NCBI GenBank assembly: GCA_963804645.1
Contig: CAWDRG010000019.1
Location: 32,001-96,000, forward strand
Source of the DNA: an uncultured Bacillota bacterium
Lineage (GTDB): Bacteria > Sysuimicrobiota > Sysuimicrobiia > Sysuimicrobiales > Segetimicrobiaceae
DNA length: 64,000 nt
Direction of reading: 5' to 3'
The notes under the pieces are model-generated. The model worked only from the letters and a program-made list of their open reading frames with translations. It ran no database searches and was not told the origin of the DNA. Of the stretch, positions 26,867 through 36,845 are shown piece after piece; the first letter of the stretch is position 1, and each line of letters starts with the position of its first letter. Both the position numbers and the translations under genes were made by a program.

Positions 26867-28048
26867 TCAAAACTCTGGAAGAGCGTCTAGATTGTTTGGC
26901 ACGAAATCATCAGCCACGGTTTGCAAGTACCACTGCACGACGGCCACGTTCGCGCGCCTACCATCGACCAATGTGTAGAATGTCGCAAGTGCACCGTTAA
27001 TCATCGCGACGACATCGAACTCCGGTAGCTCCCAGCGACCCTGGCTTCCCGATCCGGGGCCGCTGACGGCTTGAATGTAACGGCCATCAGCGACCTTTCT
27101 GACCGAATCGATCTGGTAATCACCGGGCGGCAAAGGAGCGGACGGCGGTGACGGGATCATGCACGCGCCCGCGGACGTCGAAAAATATGAGCTCACAGTA
27201 GTACCGTTGATGACCCCAGATGAACAGCAGACGTCACAGATCTCGTTCCAACTGCTGGAGTTTCTCGGATTCACCTGTACGGCGTCGCCATGAGGATCGG
27301 TCAACGACTCGACGAGTTCGTGCGAGAATATGAACGTCATCGTGCTCAGCGCAGCGGCATAGCTGACGTATCCATAGTTGACCTGATTGCCACCGCTGTC
27401 GGTGAAAAACGAATGCTCTCCTTGAGGCCCGCTTGGGTTGAAGCCTGGCGGCATGAAGATCATAAGGAGAGACCAGTAAACGTTATCCGGTCCAAGGTTC
27501 GGCGTATTGTAGATCGCGATCGCCTCGTTCGCGACGGTTTGAAGCGAAAACGGGTTGTTTGGCGGATTCGTTGGAATAACGAGTGGCGGTCCCACGATGT
27601 TAAATCCCCAGGTGATGTCATTGCCGCCTGAGTAGTCGGAAAGGCCGTCGAAATAGCTGTAGGTGCCAAACGTCGTTGTGGTCTTGTCTGAAAGCGCCGC
27701 GACTGAAGCGAAAATATTTCCGACCCCGGGCGATAGAGACGAGTTGGTCCACGCGCTGCCCCAGAAGACGCAGAGGACCTCGGCCCATCCGATCACATTG
27801 CCGCCGCCAACGGACACGGTGGTTCCGGCTGGGGCGTCGCAGCCACTGTGAAAGGTTGCCGCACCGCCTCGTTCGCTCGGCTGGATTGGAGCAGGATGGA
27901 GCCCCGATGCGGGTAATCGAGCGATGCCACTTGCAGATGGCAGCTGCGAGCCCCCAACTCCGGTTACGACCGCTGTCCGATAAGGTGGATGCGCCCAGGC
28001 TCTGAGTTGCCCCAGCCGCTTCTCGCGGGATGGCATGTTCGTAGGCAT
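26867..28048 (-). CDS. Hypothetical protein with a zincin-like HExxE domain and a C-terminal DUF3892-like domain (start uncertain)
   Basis: SHELVESLTDP..EICDVC; Pro-rich linker; C-terminus FYTLVDGRRANV..YLQTVAD...NNLDALPEF. Confidence 0.7.
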   Translation of the reverse strand: MPTNMPSREKRLGQLRAWAHPPYRTAVVTGVGGSQLPSASGIARLPASGLHPAPIQPSERGGAATFHSGCDAPAGTTVSVGGGNVIGWAEVLCVFWGSAWTNSSLSPGVGNIFASVAALSDKTTTTFGTYSYFDGLSDYSGGNDITWGFNIVGPPLVIPTNPPNNPFSLQTVANEAIAIYNTPNLGPDNVYWSLLMIFMPPGFNPSGPQGEHSFFTDSGGNQVNYGYVSYAAALSTMTFIFSHELVESLTDPHGDAVQVNPRNSSSWNEICDVCCSSGVINGTTVSSYFSTSAGACMIPSPPSAPLPPGDYQIDSVRKVADGRYIQAVSGPGSGSQGRWELPEFDVVAMINGALATFYTLVDGRRANVAVVQWYLQTVADDFVPNNLDALPEF

Positions 28049-28297
28049 GAACGTTCCCCCTCGCTACTAGTGTGGGGTGCATCTCCTCGAAGAGGCTTCA
28101 GCAATGGGACGCTCCAAGCGCTTAGCTTTGCGCTTATTGTACAGCATCTCGCGAGAAAAATGCCCTGCAAATGCACGGTAGTTTGCGGGGGTCACCTCGA
28201 GTCGCCTTGAGTCGGACTGATTCGTCAGACATACACACTGAATCGTGCTGAACCTGGGCGGGTCGCCCGCAGTTCTCACCAACCACGCGCCTTCTCA

Positions 28298-28326
28298 CGG
28301 GGGTTCGAATCCCTCCCGGCGAGCCA
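28298..28326 (+). repeat. Degenerate copy of the tRNA-Arg 3' end (att-like site 1)
   Basis: CGGGGGTTCGAATCCCTCCCGGCGAGCCA, 27 of 29 nt identical to 22642-22670. Confidence 0.8.
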
Positions 28327-28359
28327 GTCTGTTCAAAGATTTGCGAATCGATGGTTTGT

Positions 28360-30435
28360 TCAATTGCTGTTCTCGCGCACTACGCGGCAGATTTCCGTCC
28401 CGTATTTCTCCGCGGTGCTCATCCCAAATCCGGGGATGGCCAGTAACTCCTGGGATGTCCGCGGGCGCACGGTGGCCAGAGCCCTCAGTGTCCGGTCGTT
28501 GAAGATTCGGAATGCTGGTACGCCACGCCGGCGAGCCTCGTGCAATCGCCAGATGCGCAACGCTGCCTCAAGGCGAGAATCCGCACCGACTTCTGCCCGA
28601 ATCCCGAGACGGCTTGGCCTTGTTGTGGTCTCACACTTCATTGCCTGGTTCCGAACCGCAGTCACAGTGGCTTTGTTCTTCCGTTTGCGCTCTGCGGATG
28701 GGCGCGCCGTGTCTTTGATGAGGAACTCGATCGGTGTCCCCTCATCCACGGCGTAGCCGGTTCGCGTGAGACGGGCGTTACGGTACGGGATGTGTTTACC
28801 GTCCTTCTCGAAGACTGCGTCCGAGATATGCAGAAGTCCCGCACGCGCCATAGCACCGAGCACTTCTTCGAATGCGTCACGGCTGAAGTCGTGGGCGGGA
28901 TACAGGTCACTGTGCAGCTTGCCCGTTGACTTCGTACCACCCGTCCGCAGCGCGCCGACTACACGCAAGAACGCCGCGCGCTCCGCCTCCGTGGCGTGTC
29001 GGAACCGCTGCGCGGCGCACTTCCCCGGAGCGCAGAAGTCGCAGGTCCCACACGGCTTCTGTCCGTCAGCGAGGTCGCCGAAGTGAGACACGAGGGCACC
29101 CATGCGGCACTGGGTGCTCTCAGCGTAGCGCATCATCTGGTCGAGCTGTGCACGTTTCTGCTGACCCTGCGCGACATACGATTCGCGCCACCGATCGTGA
29201 CCCCGGCTCACGTTCTCGGCGAAGTCCACCAGAGCGCCGCCATGAGTCCAGAGCTTCTCGAGCGCTTTGTCGAAGATCTCCTCATCCATATGGAGCTGGC
29301 GCTGGAGCGCGACTTTTTCTTGAGCCTCGACCCGGAGCAGGGCAAAGATCTGCTCCAGGACCGTAAGGTCCGGATAGTCACGCTCGTGGAAGAAATCGTG
29401 GGTGTGGCGGTCCGCGTAGGAGTGCATCAGGATCGCGCGACTGGGGTTCCCGTCACGCCCGGCGCGTCCGATTTCCTGATAGTACGCTTCGAGACTGCCC
29501 GGCAAGGCCGTGTGGATCACGGTGCGAATGTCGGCTTTGTCAATTCCCATTCCGAAGGCAATTGTGGCCACCATGACCTCGATCCGTCCGCCGAGAAACT
29601 CCTCCTGGACGCGCTGGCGGTGCTGGGCGTCGAGTCCGGCGTGATAGGCCGCAGCGGGAAAGGAGGCGGCGAGTTCGGCTGCCAGTCCTTCCGCCAGCTT
29701 GCGCGTGGGAGCATAGACGATGGCCGGCCTGCGTTCCGCCTTCTGCAGTAATCGTCCGGTGAGTTCGGCCCGGTGGGAAGGCGCGATCTCGACGACCTCG
29801 ATGGCGATGTTGTCGCGCCGGAACCCGTGAACAAACCGGGCCGGCTCGGTCAGGCCCAACTGCTCGGCGATGTCATTCTGAACGAGTGGCGTAGCCGTCG
29901 CGGTCAGCGCCATCACGGGCGCCGGACGCAGGCGGGGCAAATACTGGCCCAGCAGGCGGTAGTCCGGCCGGAAGTCATGCCCCCACTGCGAGATGCAGTG
30001 TGCTTCGTCAATGGCGATCAGAGACAGCGGTCGTTTGGCCAGCATGTCCGGAAAGCCCGCCACGCGCAGGCGCTCCGGCGCAATGAACAGGAACTGCAGC
30101 TTCCCGCCGAGATAATCAAGGCACGCCTGGCGCGAGTCGGCGCGCGGGCGGCCGGAGTGGATGCGTTCGACCGCAAAGCCTCGCGCCCTGAGTTTGGCGA
30201 CCTGATCTTCCATCAAGGCAATGAGCGGGCTGATCACCAGCGTGGTCCCGCCGCGCGCGATGCCAGGTAATTGGTAGCACAGTGACTTGCCCGACCCAGT
30301 TGGCATGACCAGCAGCACGTCCCGGCCCGCAATGGCGGAGAGGCAGACGGCTTCCTGGTTCGGCCGGAAGGAGGAGAAGCCGAACGCATCTTGCAGGAGA
30401 CTCTTCAGGTCCTGCGTTGGCGAGCGCACGGTCAT
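28360..30435 (-). CDS. recQ: RecQ-family ATP-dependent DNA helicase with C-terminal HRDC domain
   Basis: MPTGSGKS, DEAHCISQWGHDFRPDY, TATAT, AFGMGIDK, QEIGRAGRDG, Zn-binding Cys cluster, HRDC (VPAFRIFNDRTL). Confidence 0.95.
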   Translation of the reverse strand: MTVRSPTQDLKSLLQDAFGFSSFRPNQEAVCLSAIAGRDVLLVMPTGSGKSLCYQLPGIARGGTTLVISPLIALMEDQVAKLRARGFAVERIHSGRPRADSRQACLDYLGGKLQFLFIAPERLRVAGFPDMLAKRPLSLIAIDEAHCISQWGHDFRPDYRLLGQYLPRLRPAPVMALTATATPLVQNDIAEQLGLTEPARFVHGFRRDNIAIEVVEIAPSHRAELTGRLLQKAERRPAIVYAPTRKLAEGLAAELAASFPAAAYHAGLDAQHRQRVQEEFLGGRIEVMVATIAFGMGIDKADIRTVIHTALPGSLEAYYQEIGRAGRDGNPSRAILMHSYADRHTHDFFHERDYPDLTVLEQIFALLRVEAQEKVALQRQLHMDEEIFDKALEKLWTHGGALVDFAENVSRGHDRWRESYVAQGQQKRAQLDQMMRYAESTQCRMGALVSHFGDLADGQKPCGTCDFCAPGKCAAQRFRHATEAERAAFLRVVGALRTGGTKSTGKLHSDLYPAHDFSRDAFEEVLGAMARAGLLHISDAVFEKDGKHIPYRNARLTRTGYAVDEGTPIEFLIKDTARPSAERKRKNKATVTAVRNQAMKCETTTRPSRLGIRAEVGADSRLEAALRIWRLHEARRRGVPAFRIFNDRTLRALATVRPRTSQELLAIPGFGMSTAEKYGTEICRVVRENSN

Positions 30436-30724
30436 GGGTGTTTCTGGCGGGGCGGGGATTCACCGCCGACTTGCGGCTGCCCCCGCCGCCGGGGCTGGCG
30501 GTGTCTGTCCCACATTGTCTGACACTTCCCTTACGTAATCGTCGATCCCTGGTTTGAGGTCCCGTCTGCGCATGGTGCCGGGTGCGGCGACCGTATTGAG
30601 TCCGACGCGGAGGTTGATTTCGGGCCCACTCGGTTCGGGATGGTGACACACCTTCCCGAATCGCGGCCAATTGTCGTGTGTCGCCTGGAGTGTCTCTGGA
30701 GTCTCTACTGAAGGTACGCCTGTC

Positions 30725-30761
30725 AGCAGGGGTCGGGGTTCGAATTCCTCCGGGTGCGCCA
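30725..30761 (+). repeat. Second degenerate copy of the tRNA-Arg 3' half (att-like site 2)
   Basis: AGCAGGGGTCGGGGTTCGAATTCCTCCGGGTGCGCCA versus tRNA AGCAGCGGGTCGGGGGTTCGAATCCCTCCGGGCGCGCCA. Confidence 0.75.
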
Positions 30762-30848
30762 GGCCAAGTAACGCAGGGGGCGCTGAGGCATCGGAGCTGC
30801 CTGATCCCCCCAAGCAGGAAATAGTTCACGCTCCCTCACCGGAAGGGA

Positions 30849-30881
30849 AGAAGCCGCGTCCGACCGTCCGACGCGGCTTCT
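30849..30881. terminator. Hairpin, probable terminator
   Basis: 12-bp stem AGAAGCCGCGTC/GACGCGGCTTCT between att-like site 2 and the convergent cupin gene. Confidence 0.5.
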
Positions 30882-30944
30882 CGGCGTTTCGGTAGACGAA
30901 CGCGCTACGCTAGCCCCATCCGCACAATCACTGGCCGCTTTTTC

Positions 30945-31304
30945 TTACTTGGGTTTGGCGTAGTCAGTCATGCCCGTAATGTCGATCATGACGACCGGCT
31001 CGTTACCAACCACCCACGCGTCGTGGCCGGGAGGAACCACGCCCACATCCCCCGGCCCAAACTCTAGTTCCGTCCCGTCGTCCATGCGCACGCGTAGCCG
31101 ACCGGAGACATGGTACGTCGTGTGCGGAGCCTGGCAACTGTCCGTCTTGGCGATTGGCTTCACCGACTCCGACCACTTCCAGCCCGGCTCAAACGTGGCT
31201 CGCCCAAATGTAATCGTTCCAATCTTGGCAAGTTCCATCTTCCCCTTCGGAAACGCACGCTTCTCGTCAGGCGTATGCAGACTCTTGCGCTCGATTCGTG
31301 CCAT
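30945..31304 (-). CDS. Cupin domain protein
   Basis: FEPGWKWSESVKP..SCQAPH..SGRL..PPGHDAWVVG; GGAGG RBS. Confidence 0.9.
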   Translation of the reverse strand: MARIERKSLHTPDEKRAFPKGKMELAKIGTITFGRATFEPGWKWSESVKPIAKTDSCQAPHTTYHVSGRLRVRMDDGTELEFGPGDVGVVPPGHDAWVVGNEPVVMIDITGMTDYAKPK

Positions 31305-31856
31305 AGCACACCTCCATGTTGTCTCACCTGGGGACGCTGCACGTCTGCATTTCCGCATATCGCATTGAGGTCCTCTACGCCGACCGTCTGGAGTCGTCAC
31401 CGAGGGCGCGCCTTCCGAGCAGCGCGTCGGGGTCCGAGTCCCTCCGGTCGCGCCAATTGCTTCACCGGTAGACGGGCTGTCCGTGTCGCCAATGACCCCT
31501 GGCCCGGTACACGTCTGCACGGAGATCGATCCCAGCAGCAGCGTTACCCGAATTTCCATAGTATGCTTCGCCGGCCCCACCTCAGACGGCCGAACATCAT
31601 TTCGACATCGATCTCAGTCATCGACGAGTCTGTTTACTCGTCGAGACAGAACTTGGATGTGTAAACCTGAAGTGGCAACCCCGCTGGGACGAAAGGCCCA
31701 TGCTCCTTTAAATAGCGCTGGGCTATAGTTTCGTTGGATCGGCGGGACGCGTAAGCCGCAGAGTCTTGTCGCCGGCGTGGTCATGTCATGCAACGACACC
31801 GCAGCGATCGTCGTCCCGCATTCAGAGCCGAGATCCATGGTGGGGGGAGGTTACAG

Positions 31857-34514
31857 GTGCCGCGCAGCATGCCCCAGACGCTGGTCGACATCATTGCCGC
31901 GCAACCCAACGACGCGGTCGCGATCGTCGGTCCGGATGGAGAGACGCTCACCTACGAGATGCTGGGACGGCGTCTCGATGCGACCGGCGCGATGCTGCGA
32001 CGCGCGGGTATCAGCCGTGGGGATCGCGTCGTGTGTGTCCTCTCCGACAGCGCGGAAGCAGCTGTGGCGCTGCTGGCGGTCGCAAGTGCGGCGGTCTGTG
32101 TGCCGCTCCATCCGTCCTGCGGGGCCGATGAATTCGACGTCTACCTCGGCGAGGTGCTGGCCAAAGCCATCCTGATCGACGGTTCGGAGTCGTCCGTGCG
32201 GAGCGTGGCACAGCGACGCGGCATGCCGATCGTCGAGATCGGCCGGCGGAACGGTGCCGTGGACGTCATCGCCCCACTCCCGGATGCCACACGCACCGCG
32301 GTCCCAACTGTCGTTCCGTCTCCCGGGGACACCGCGATCGTGTTTCGTACGTCGGGCACCACCGGGCGGCCGAAGCGAGTGCCGCTGACGCACGCGATGC
32401 TGTGCGTTCGTGCATTTCTTGCATACGAAAGTAACGCGGGGTCCCAGGTGTCGGCCGAGGATCGCTGTCTCAACCTCATGCCGCTTTGCTACTATGCCGG
32501 CTTCTACACTCTGCTGACGGCGCTCGCGGCCGGCGGCAGCATCGCGTGGCCGCAGAGCCTCGACCCCGACGCGTTTTTCGCCGCGCTCGAGGTCTTCCGC
32601 CCGTCGTGGTATGCGGCCACGCCGACGGTGCACAGCGCCATCGTTGCTCACGCCGCGCGGTACGCCGATCTGATCGCCAGGTACCCGCTGCGATTCATTC
32701 GATCCGCGACGGCGGAATTGGCGCCGCCGCTGTGGGCGGACCTGGAGCGAGTCTTCAACGCCCCGGTCGTGTCCACGTATGCGACGACCGAGACGTCACG
32801 GGTGTGCATGAACGCGCTGCCTCCGGGCCTGCACAAGGCGGGCTCGCTGGGACGGTGCGTCCCTGGGTCGGTTGGGATTCTGGACGCGCAGGGATACCTG
32901 GTGCCCGTGGGTGCGGAGGGCGAGATCGGGGTACGAGGCCCCACCGTGTTCACCGGCTACGAAGACGACCCGGAGGCCACGCGGGCGGCGTTTGTCCATG
33001 GCTGGTTCCGCACAGGGGACAGCGGCCGCATCGACGCGGATGGGTTCCTGTTCCTTACCGATCGGATCAAGGACGTGATCAATCGGGGTGGGACGAAGAT
33101 CTCACCCCACGCCGTCGAGATGGTGCTGTTAGCCCATCCCGCGGTCGCGGCCGCGGCCGTGTTCGGCATGCCCCATGCGACGCTCGGCGAAGACGTGGTG
33201 GCGGCGGTCGTGCCGCGATCGGGCAGTGCGGTGACGGAGCGTGACCTGCGCGCCTTCGCGGCGGCGCGGCTTTCGGCGTTCGAAACACCGGACCGCGTGC
33301 TGCTGGTGGAGCGGATTCCAACGAGCGCGGTGGGCAAGGTGCAGCGTCGGATGCTGGCGCAGCAGCTGGCCCCACTGCTGACCGTGCAGCACGAGATGCC
33401 GGCGACGGATCTTGACCGCGCGATTGCGGAGGTGTGGACCCGCGAACTGCGGGTGCCGACGAGTCTCCACGACAACTTCTTCGCCCTGGGCGGAGACTCG
33501 CTCACGGCGGTGCGGGTGGTCAGCGAGGTCTCCCGGATGTTCCGAACGGCGCTGCCGGTGAACACGCTGCTGCAGGCGTCGACGGTGGCGCAGATGGCCG
33601 ACCTTATTCGGCAGGGGGACCGGCTGCCGCCGTGGTCGTCGCTGGTGCCGATCCAGGCGGGACGCGGCCGGCCGCCGCTGTTCTGCGTCCACGGCGCACA
33701 AGGCAATATCCTGGATTTCCGCGAACTGGCACAACACTTGGGGTCGGACCAGCCGGTGTACGGACTACAGTCACAAGGCCTTGACGGCGTGCTCGCCCCC
33801 TACACCCGGATCGAGGACATGGCCGCCCACTACTTGCGGGAAATCGAGGCGGTGGCGTCCCACGGCCCCGAGTTTCTGTGCGGCTTTTCCATGGGTGGCA
33901 TCGTCGCCCTCGAGATGGCCCGGCAACTGCACGCCGCCGGTCGTCGCGTCGCCCTCCTCGCGATGCTGGACACCCGTTTGAACCGGTTGGCGTCTCTCCC
34001 GGGCCTCACGACCGGGCAGCAAATCGTGTTTCATGTCCGGCATTGCGGGGAGGCCGGGCTTCGACTCGCTCGGAACTCCGCCGCCGACGGCGCGAAGTAC
34101 CTGCTCCCCGGAACGGTCGCGGACACGAGGAGATCCACCCTGGGACGGCCGGATCAGCGCGATCCCGGCCCGGACGTACCTGCGATCATGAGGCGTATCG
34201 AGGAACTCAACGTGCGGGCCACCAAACACTATCGTCCCCAGGTCTACCCGGGTAAGATCGTGGTCTACCTCGCGAAAGATGCCGTCTGGTCGTCACGATA
34301 CGCCTCCCTCCTGGGATGGCGGTATCTGGCGGGAGGGGGACTGGACATCGCGGTGATCCCCGGAGATCATGACTGCTTTCTCTCTGCGCCAGCAGAATTG
34401 GCGGCCAACCTCCGGGCCAGAATTGATCAGATCCTCGAAACATCTCGGATGTCGCATCCCGCAGTGGCCCATCACGAGCGGGCGGCCGGCATCGCGAGTG
34501 AGGGACGGGCATAA
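31857..34514 (+). CDS. Stand-alone NRPS-like A-T-TE enzyme (acyl-CoA-ligase-type A domain)
   Basis: TSGTTGRPKRVPLTH, WFRTGD, INRGG.KISP; carrier protein FFALGGDSL; thioesterase GFSMGG and PGDH; GGAGG RBS before GTG. Confidence 0.88.
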   Translation: MPRSMPQTLVDIIAAQPNDAVAIVGPDGETLTYEMLGRRLDATGAMLRRAGISRGDRVVCVLSDSAEAAVALLAVASAAVCVPLHPSCGADEFDVYLGEVLAKAILIDGSESSVRSVAQRRGMPIVEIGRRNGAVDVIAPLPDATRTAVPTVVPSPGDTAIVFRTSGTTGRPKRVPLTHAMLCVRAFLAYESNAGSQVSAEDRCLNLMPLCYYAGFYTLLTALAAGGSIAWPQSLDPDAFFAALEVFRPSWYAATPTVHSAIVAHAARYADLIARYPLRFIRSATAELAPPLWADLERVFNAPVVSTYATTETSRVCMNALPPGLHKAGSLGRCVPGSVGILDAQGYLVPVGAEGEIGVRGPTVFTGYEDDPEATRAAFVHGWFRTGDSGRIDADGFLFLTDRIKDVINRGGTKISPHAVEMVLLAHPAVAAAAVFGMPHATLGEDVVAAVVPRSGSAVTERDLRAFAAARLSAFETPDRVLLVERIPTSAVGKVQRRMLAQQLAPLLTVQHEMPATDLDRAIAEVWTRELRVPTSLHDNFFALGGDSLTAVRVVSEVSRMFRTALPVNTLLQASTVAQMADLIRQGDRLPPWSSLVPIQAGRGRPPLFCVHGAQGNILDFRELAQHLGSDQPVYGLQSQGLDGVLAPYTRIEDMAAHYLREIEAVASHGPEFLCGFSMGGIVALEMARQLHAAGRRVALLAMLDTRLNRLASLPGLTTGQQIVFHVRHCGEAGLRLARNSAADGAKYLLPGTVADTRRSTLGRPDQRDPGPDVPAIMRRIEELNVRATKHYRPQVYPGKIVVYLAKDAVWSSRYASLLGWRYLAGGGLDIAVIPGDHDCFLSAPAELAANLRARIDQILETSRMSHPAVAHHERAAGIASEGRA

Positions 34515-34648
34515 CGGCCGGCCCGATCTTCGCTGGAGTGACTCGATGTGAATCGGGCTGCCGGGACCTTCAGGGCTGTGCGGTGGGCTGACCTACGCGT
34601 GGCGTGTGATGTCTCGTCCGTCGCGTCTGCCATCGCCAATCGTGCGCC

Positions 34649-35170
34649 TCAACGAAACACCGGGTCAACCGCTGCGAGCGCCGCGTAATCGACCTGCCAA
34701 TCCTGTCCGTTGGCGCGCATGTTGACGCGCACCGGCGTAGTCCGCGTCCGACCCGCGGTGGTCCGTACCGTCGCGGTGAAAGCGGCTACCGCGGTGTCTC
34801 CGCGGAGGGATACCTGGACGCGGGTCAGCGAAAACGCGGCGATCGCCGAATGCTCCATAGGAGTGGGCCAATCAGCCGGGCGATTGTAGGTGAACCGCTC
34901 CACCCAGGCCTGCGCCTGCGCGGCGCCGGCGTGCGCGAACCCGTCGTACACCTGCGTGACGGCATTCTCGGCGAGTGCGGCCGGCGTAGACGGATAGCCG
35001 ACGAGCAGACCGGCGGTCTGATCCGCCGTCACCGCGTCATGGGCCCAGTGCCAGGGCGGCACGTCCGGGAACGGTGCGGCGACGCTTGCCTGAGGCGCCG
35101 CGCACAGGAGGGCGGCGAACGTGAAGCCGATCATCCGGCTTCCGGTCACGACTGCGCGAAATCTCCTCAC
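34649..35170 (-). CDS. Secreted protein with an SLH-like motif
   Basis: Signal peptide followed by PFPDVPPWHWAHDAV...GLLVGYP. Confidence 0.7.
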   Translation of the reverse strand: MRRFRAVVTGSRMIGFTFAALLCAAPQASVAAPFPDVPPWHWAHDAVTADQTAGLLVGYPSTPAALAENAVTQVYDGFAHAGAAQAQAWVERFTYNRPADWPTPMEHSAIAAFSLTRVQVSLRGDTAVAAFTATVRTTAGRTRTTPVRVNMRANGQDWQVDYAALAAVDPVFR

Positions 35171-35561
35171 GCGCGATTCCCCCTTCGGCAGCCTTCCTCC
35201 ATATTAACGAAACGGCGGCGGTGCCGGTTCGATGTGCCGGAGTCACCTGTGACCGCGGTCGGGGGTGACCTCCGAGGTCCCGAGGGCTGGCGCCGCTGCC
35301 CAGGTTGCCAGCGCGCGGCCGGTTGGCCGGCCGGATATCGCGAGGTCGCGGGCGAACGCCCAGAAGGACACTCCGATCTGGGCGACGAAATACGACCGGG
35401 CAGTGGCAGATCGTTCCGGTGAGGCGCGGACGTTGACCGGGGGGTGGGCCAGGAGCCTGCCCCTTGTTGTGTTATGTTGGGCGATCGTGGGATCGTGCCG
35501 TCGCGGTGGAAGCGACCGTGTTGGATCCAGCGCCCAACCGGATAGCTGAGAGGGGGACCTC

Positions 35562-36440
35562 ATGAAGTGGCGGTGGACGGGGTTGCGGATGTTCTTGGCG
35601 GTCGCCTCGCTGGCGGGTCTGCTGTGTTCGATCGTGACGGCCGCGAGCGCCGACACCAACATGTACGACGGCCAGTGGCGCTTTACGTTCGTGCCCTATC
35701 TCTGGTTTCCGACGATCAACGGCACGCTGAATTTCACCACACCCGGCCCACGCGGTGGTGCCAACCTTCCCGGACAGACTCCTCCCGGGACCAATGTGGG
35801 CGTGACGCTTGGACCCAACAGCTACCTCGCCAACTTGAATTTCGCGTTCCTGGGATACTTCGAGGCGCGCAAGTCGAACTGGTCGGTATTTGCCGACTTG
35901 GTTACTATGAGTTTGTCGAGCCAGACTTCCGAGGTGACTACGTTCGACATCGGCCAGGGTCGGGTCAATCTCGACCCATCGGTGAATACCAGCACGTCTT
36001 CCTCGTTCTCAACCACCCTCGCTACGCTCGCCGGCAGCTACACGGTCCTGCACCAGAATAACACCACCCTGGACGTGTTCGCCGGCGCCCAATTGGCGAG
36101 CGCGAACGCCGGCGTCAGTTGGACGCTGACCGGGCCGCGCGGCATGTTTCCGCAGTCGGGAACCGCCAGCGGGAGCCAGCAGGTGATCGCGGGGATTGGC
36201 GGCATCAAGGGGAACATCCAGCTCGGCGGCGCCGACAGTCGGTGGTTTATTCCTTATCTCTTCGATGTCGGAGGCGGTGGGTTCACGACGTACCAGGCCA
36301 TGGCCGGCATCGCGTACGCCTTCTCGTGGGGCGACGTCGCGCTGACGTACCGGCATCTGTACATCGACATGGGATCGGGGAACTTGGTGCAGAATTTCAC
36401 GATGAGCGGGCCGATGCTCGGGGTGGGATTCCACTGGTGA
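35562..36440 (+). CDS. Putative outer-membrane beta-barrel protein
   Basis: Signal peptide, W.F.FVPYLW, alternating amphipathic strands, C-terminal GPMLGVGFHW. Confidence 0.75.
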   Translation: MKWRWTGLRMFLAVASLAGLLCSIVTAASADTNMYDGQWRFTFVPYLWFPTINGTLNFTTPGPRGGANLPGQTPPGTNVGVTLGPNSYLANLNFAFLGYFEARKSNWSVFADLVTMSLSSQTSEVTTFDIGQGRVNLDPSVNTSTSSSFSTTLATLAGSYTVLHQNNTTLDVFAGAQLASANAGVSWTLTGPRGMFPQSGTASGSQQVIAGIGGIKGNIQLGGADSRWFIPYLFDVGGGGFTTYQAMAGIAYAFSWGDVALTYRHLYIDMGSGNLVQNFTMSGPMLGVGFHW

Positions 36441-36845
36441 GATCGCGGCCGGCGACCGTGTCCCGGCCACGTGGATTCATGCTCCTGAACGGATCGCTCC
36501 GACCCGACGCTGCTCGATAGTGTGCAGTGGGTTGCTCGCGGGTCGACTCGCTCCGAGTCGGGCCTGGTACGCGCTCGAGTGAACTGACTCCGGCGAAGCC
36601 GCACGCGATCCGGCCCATCGTCCACCGGGGGCCGCGCGGGCGTGTCCGAAGCACCCCGTGTGTGTGCGGCGCCGACGCAGGTATCTCGCATCCGGATGGC
36701 AAACCCCGCTGTGGAAGGATCGCGCGGCCCGGCCGCGGCGAGCCTTGCGTCACGCCCACGTGACGTCGCGCCCGGTCGGCGGGTGGGTCGGGGCGCGTAT
36801 GGTGTCGGGCCGCGCCTCGGGTCGATGGGCGAAAAGGGGGATGAG

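Noticed and set aside
28298..28326. Additional tRNA genes at 28298 and 30725
   Set aside because: Only T-arm and 3' acceptor halves are present; no D-arm or 5' acceptor strand
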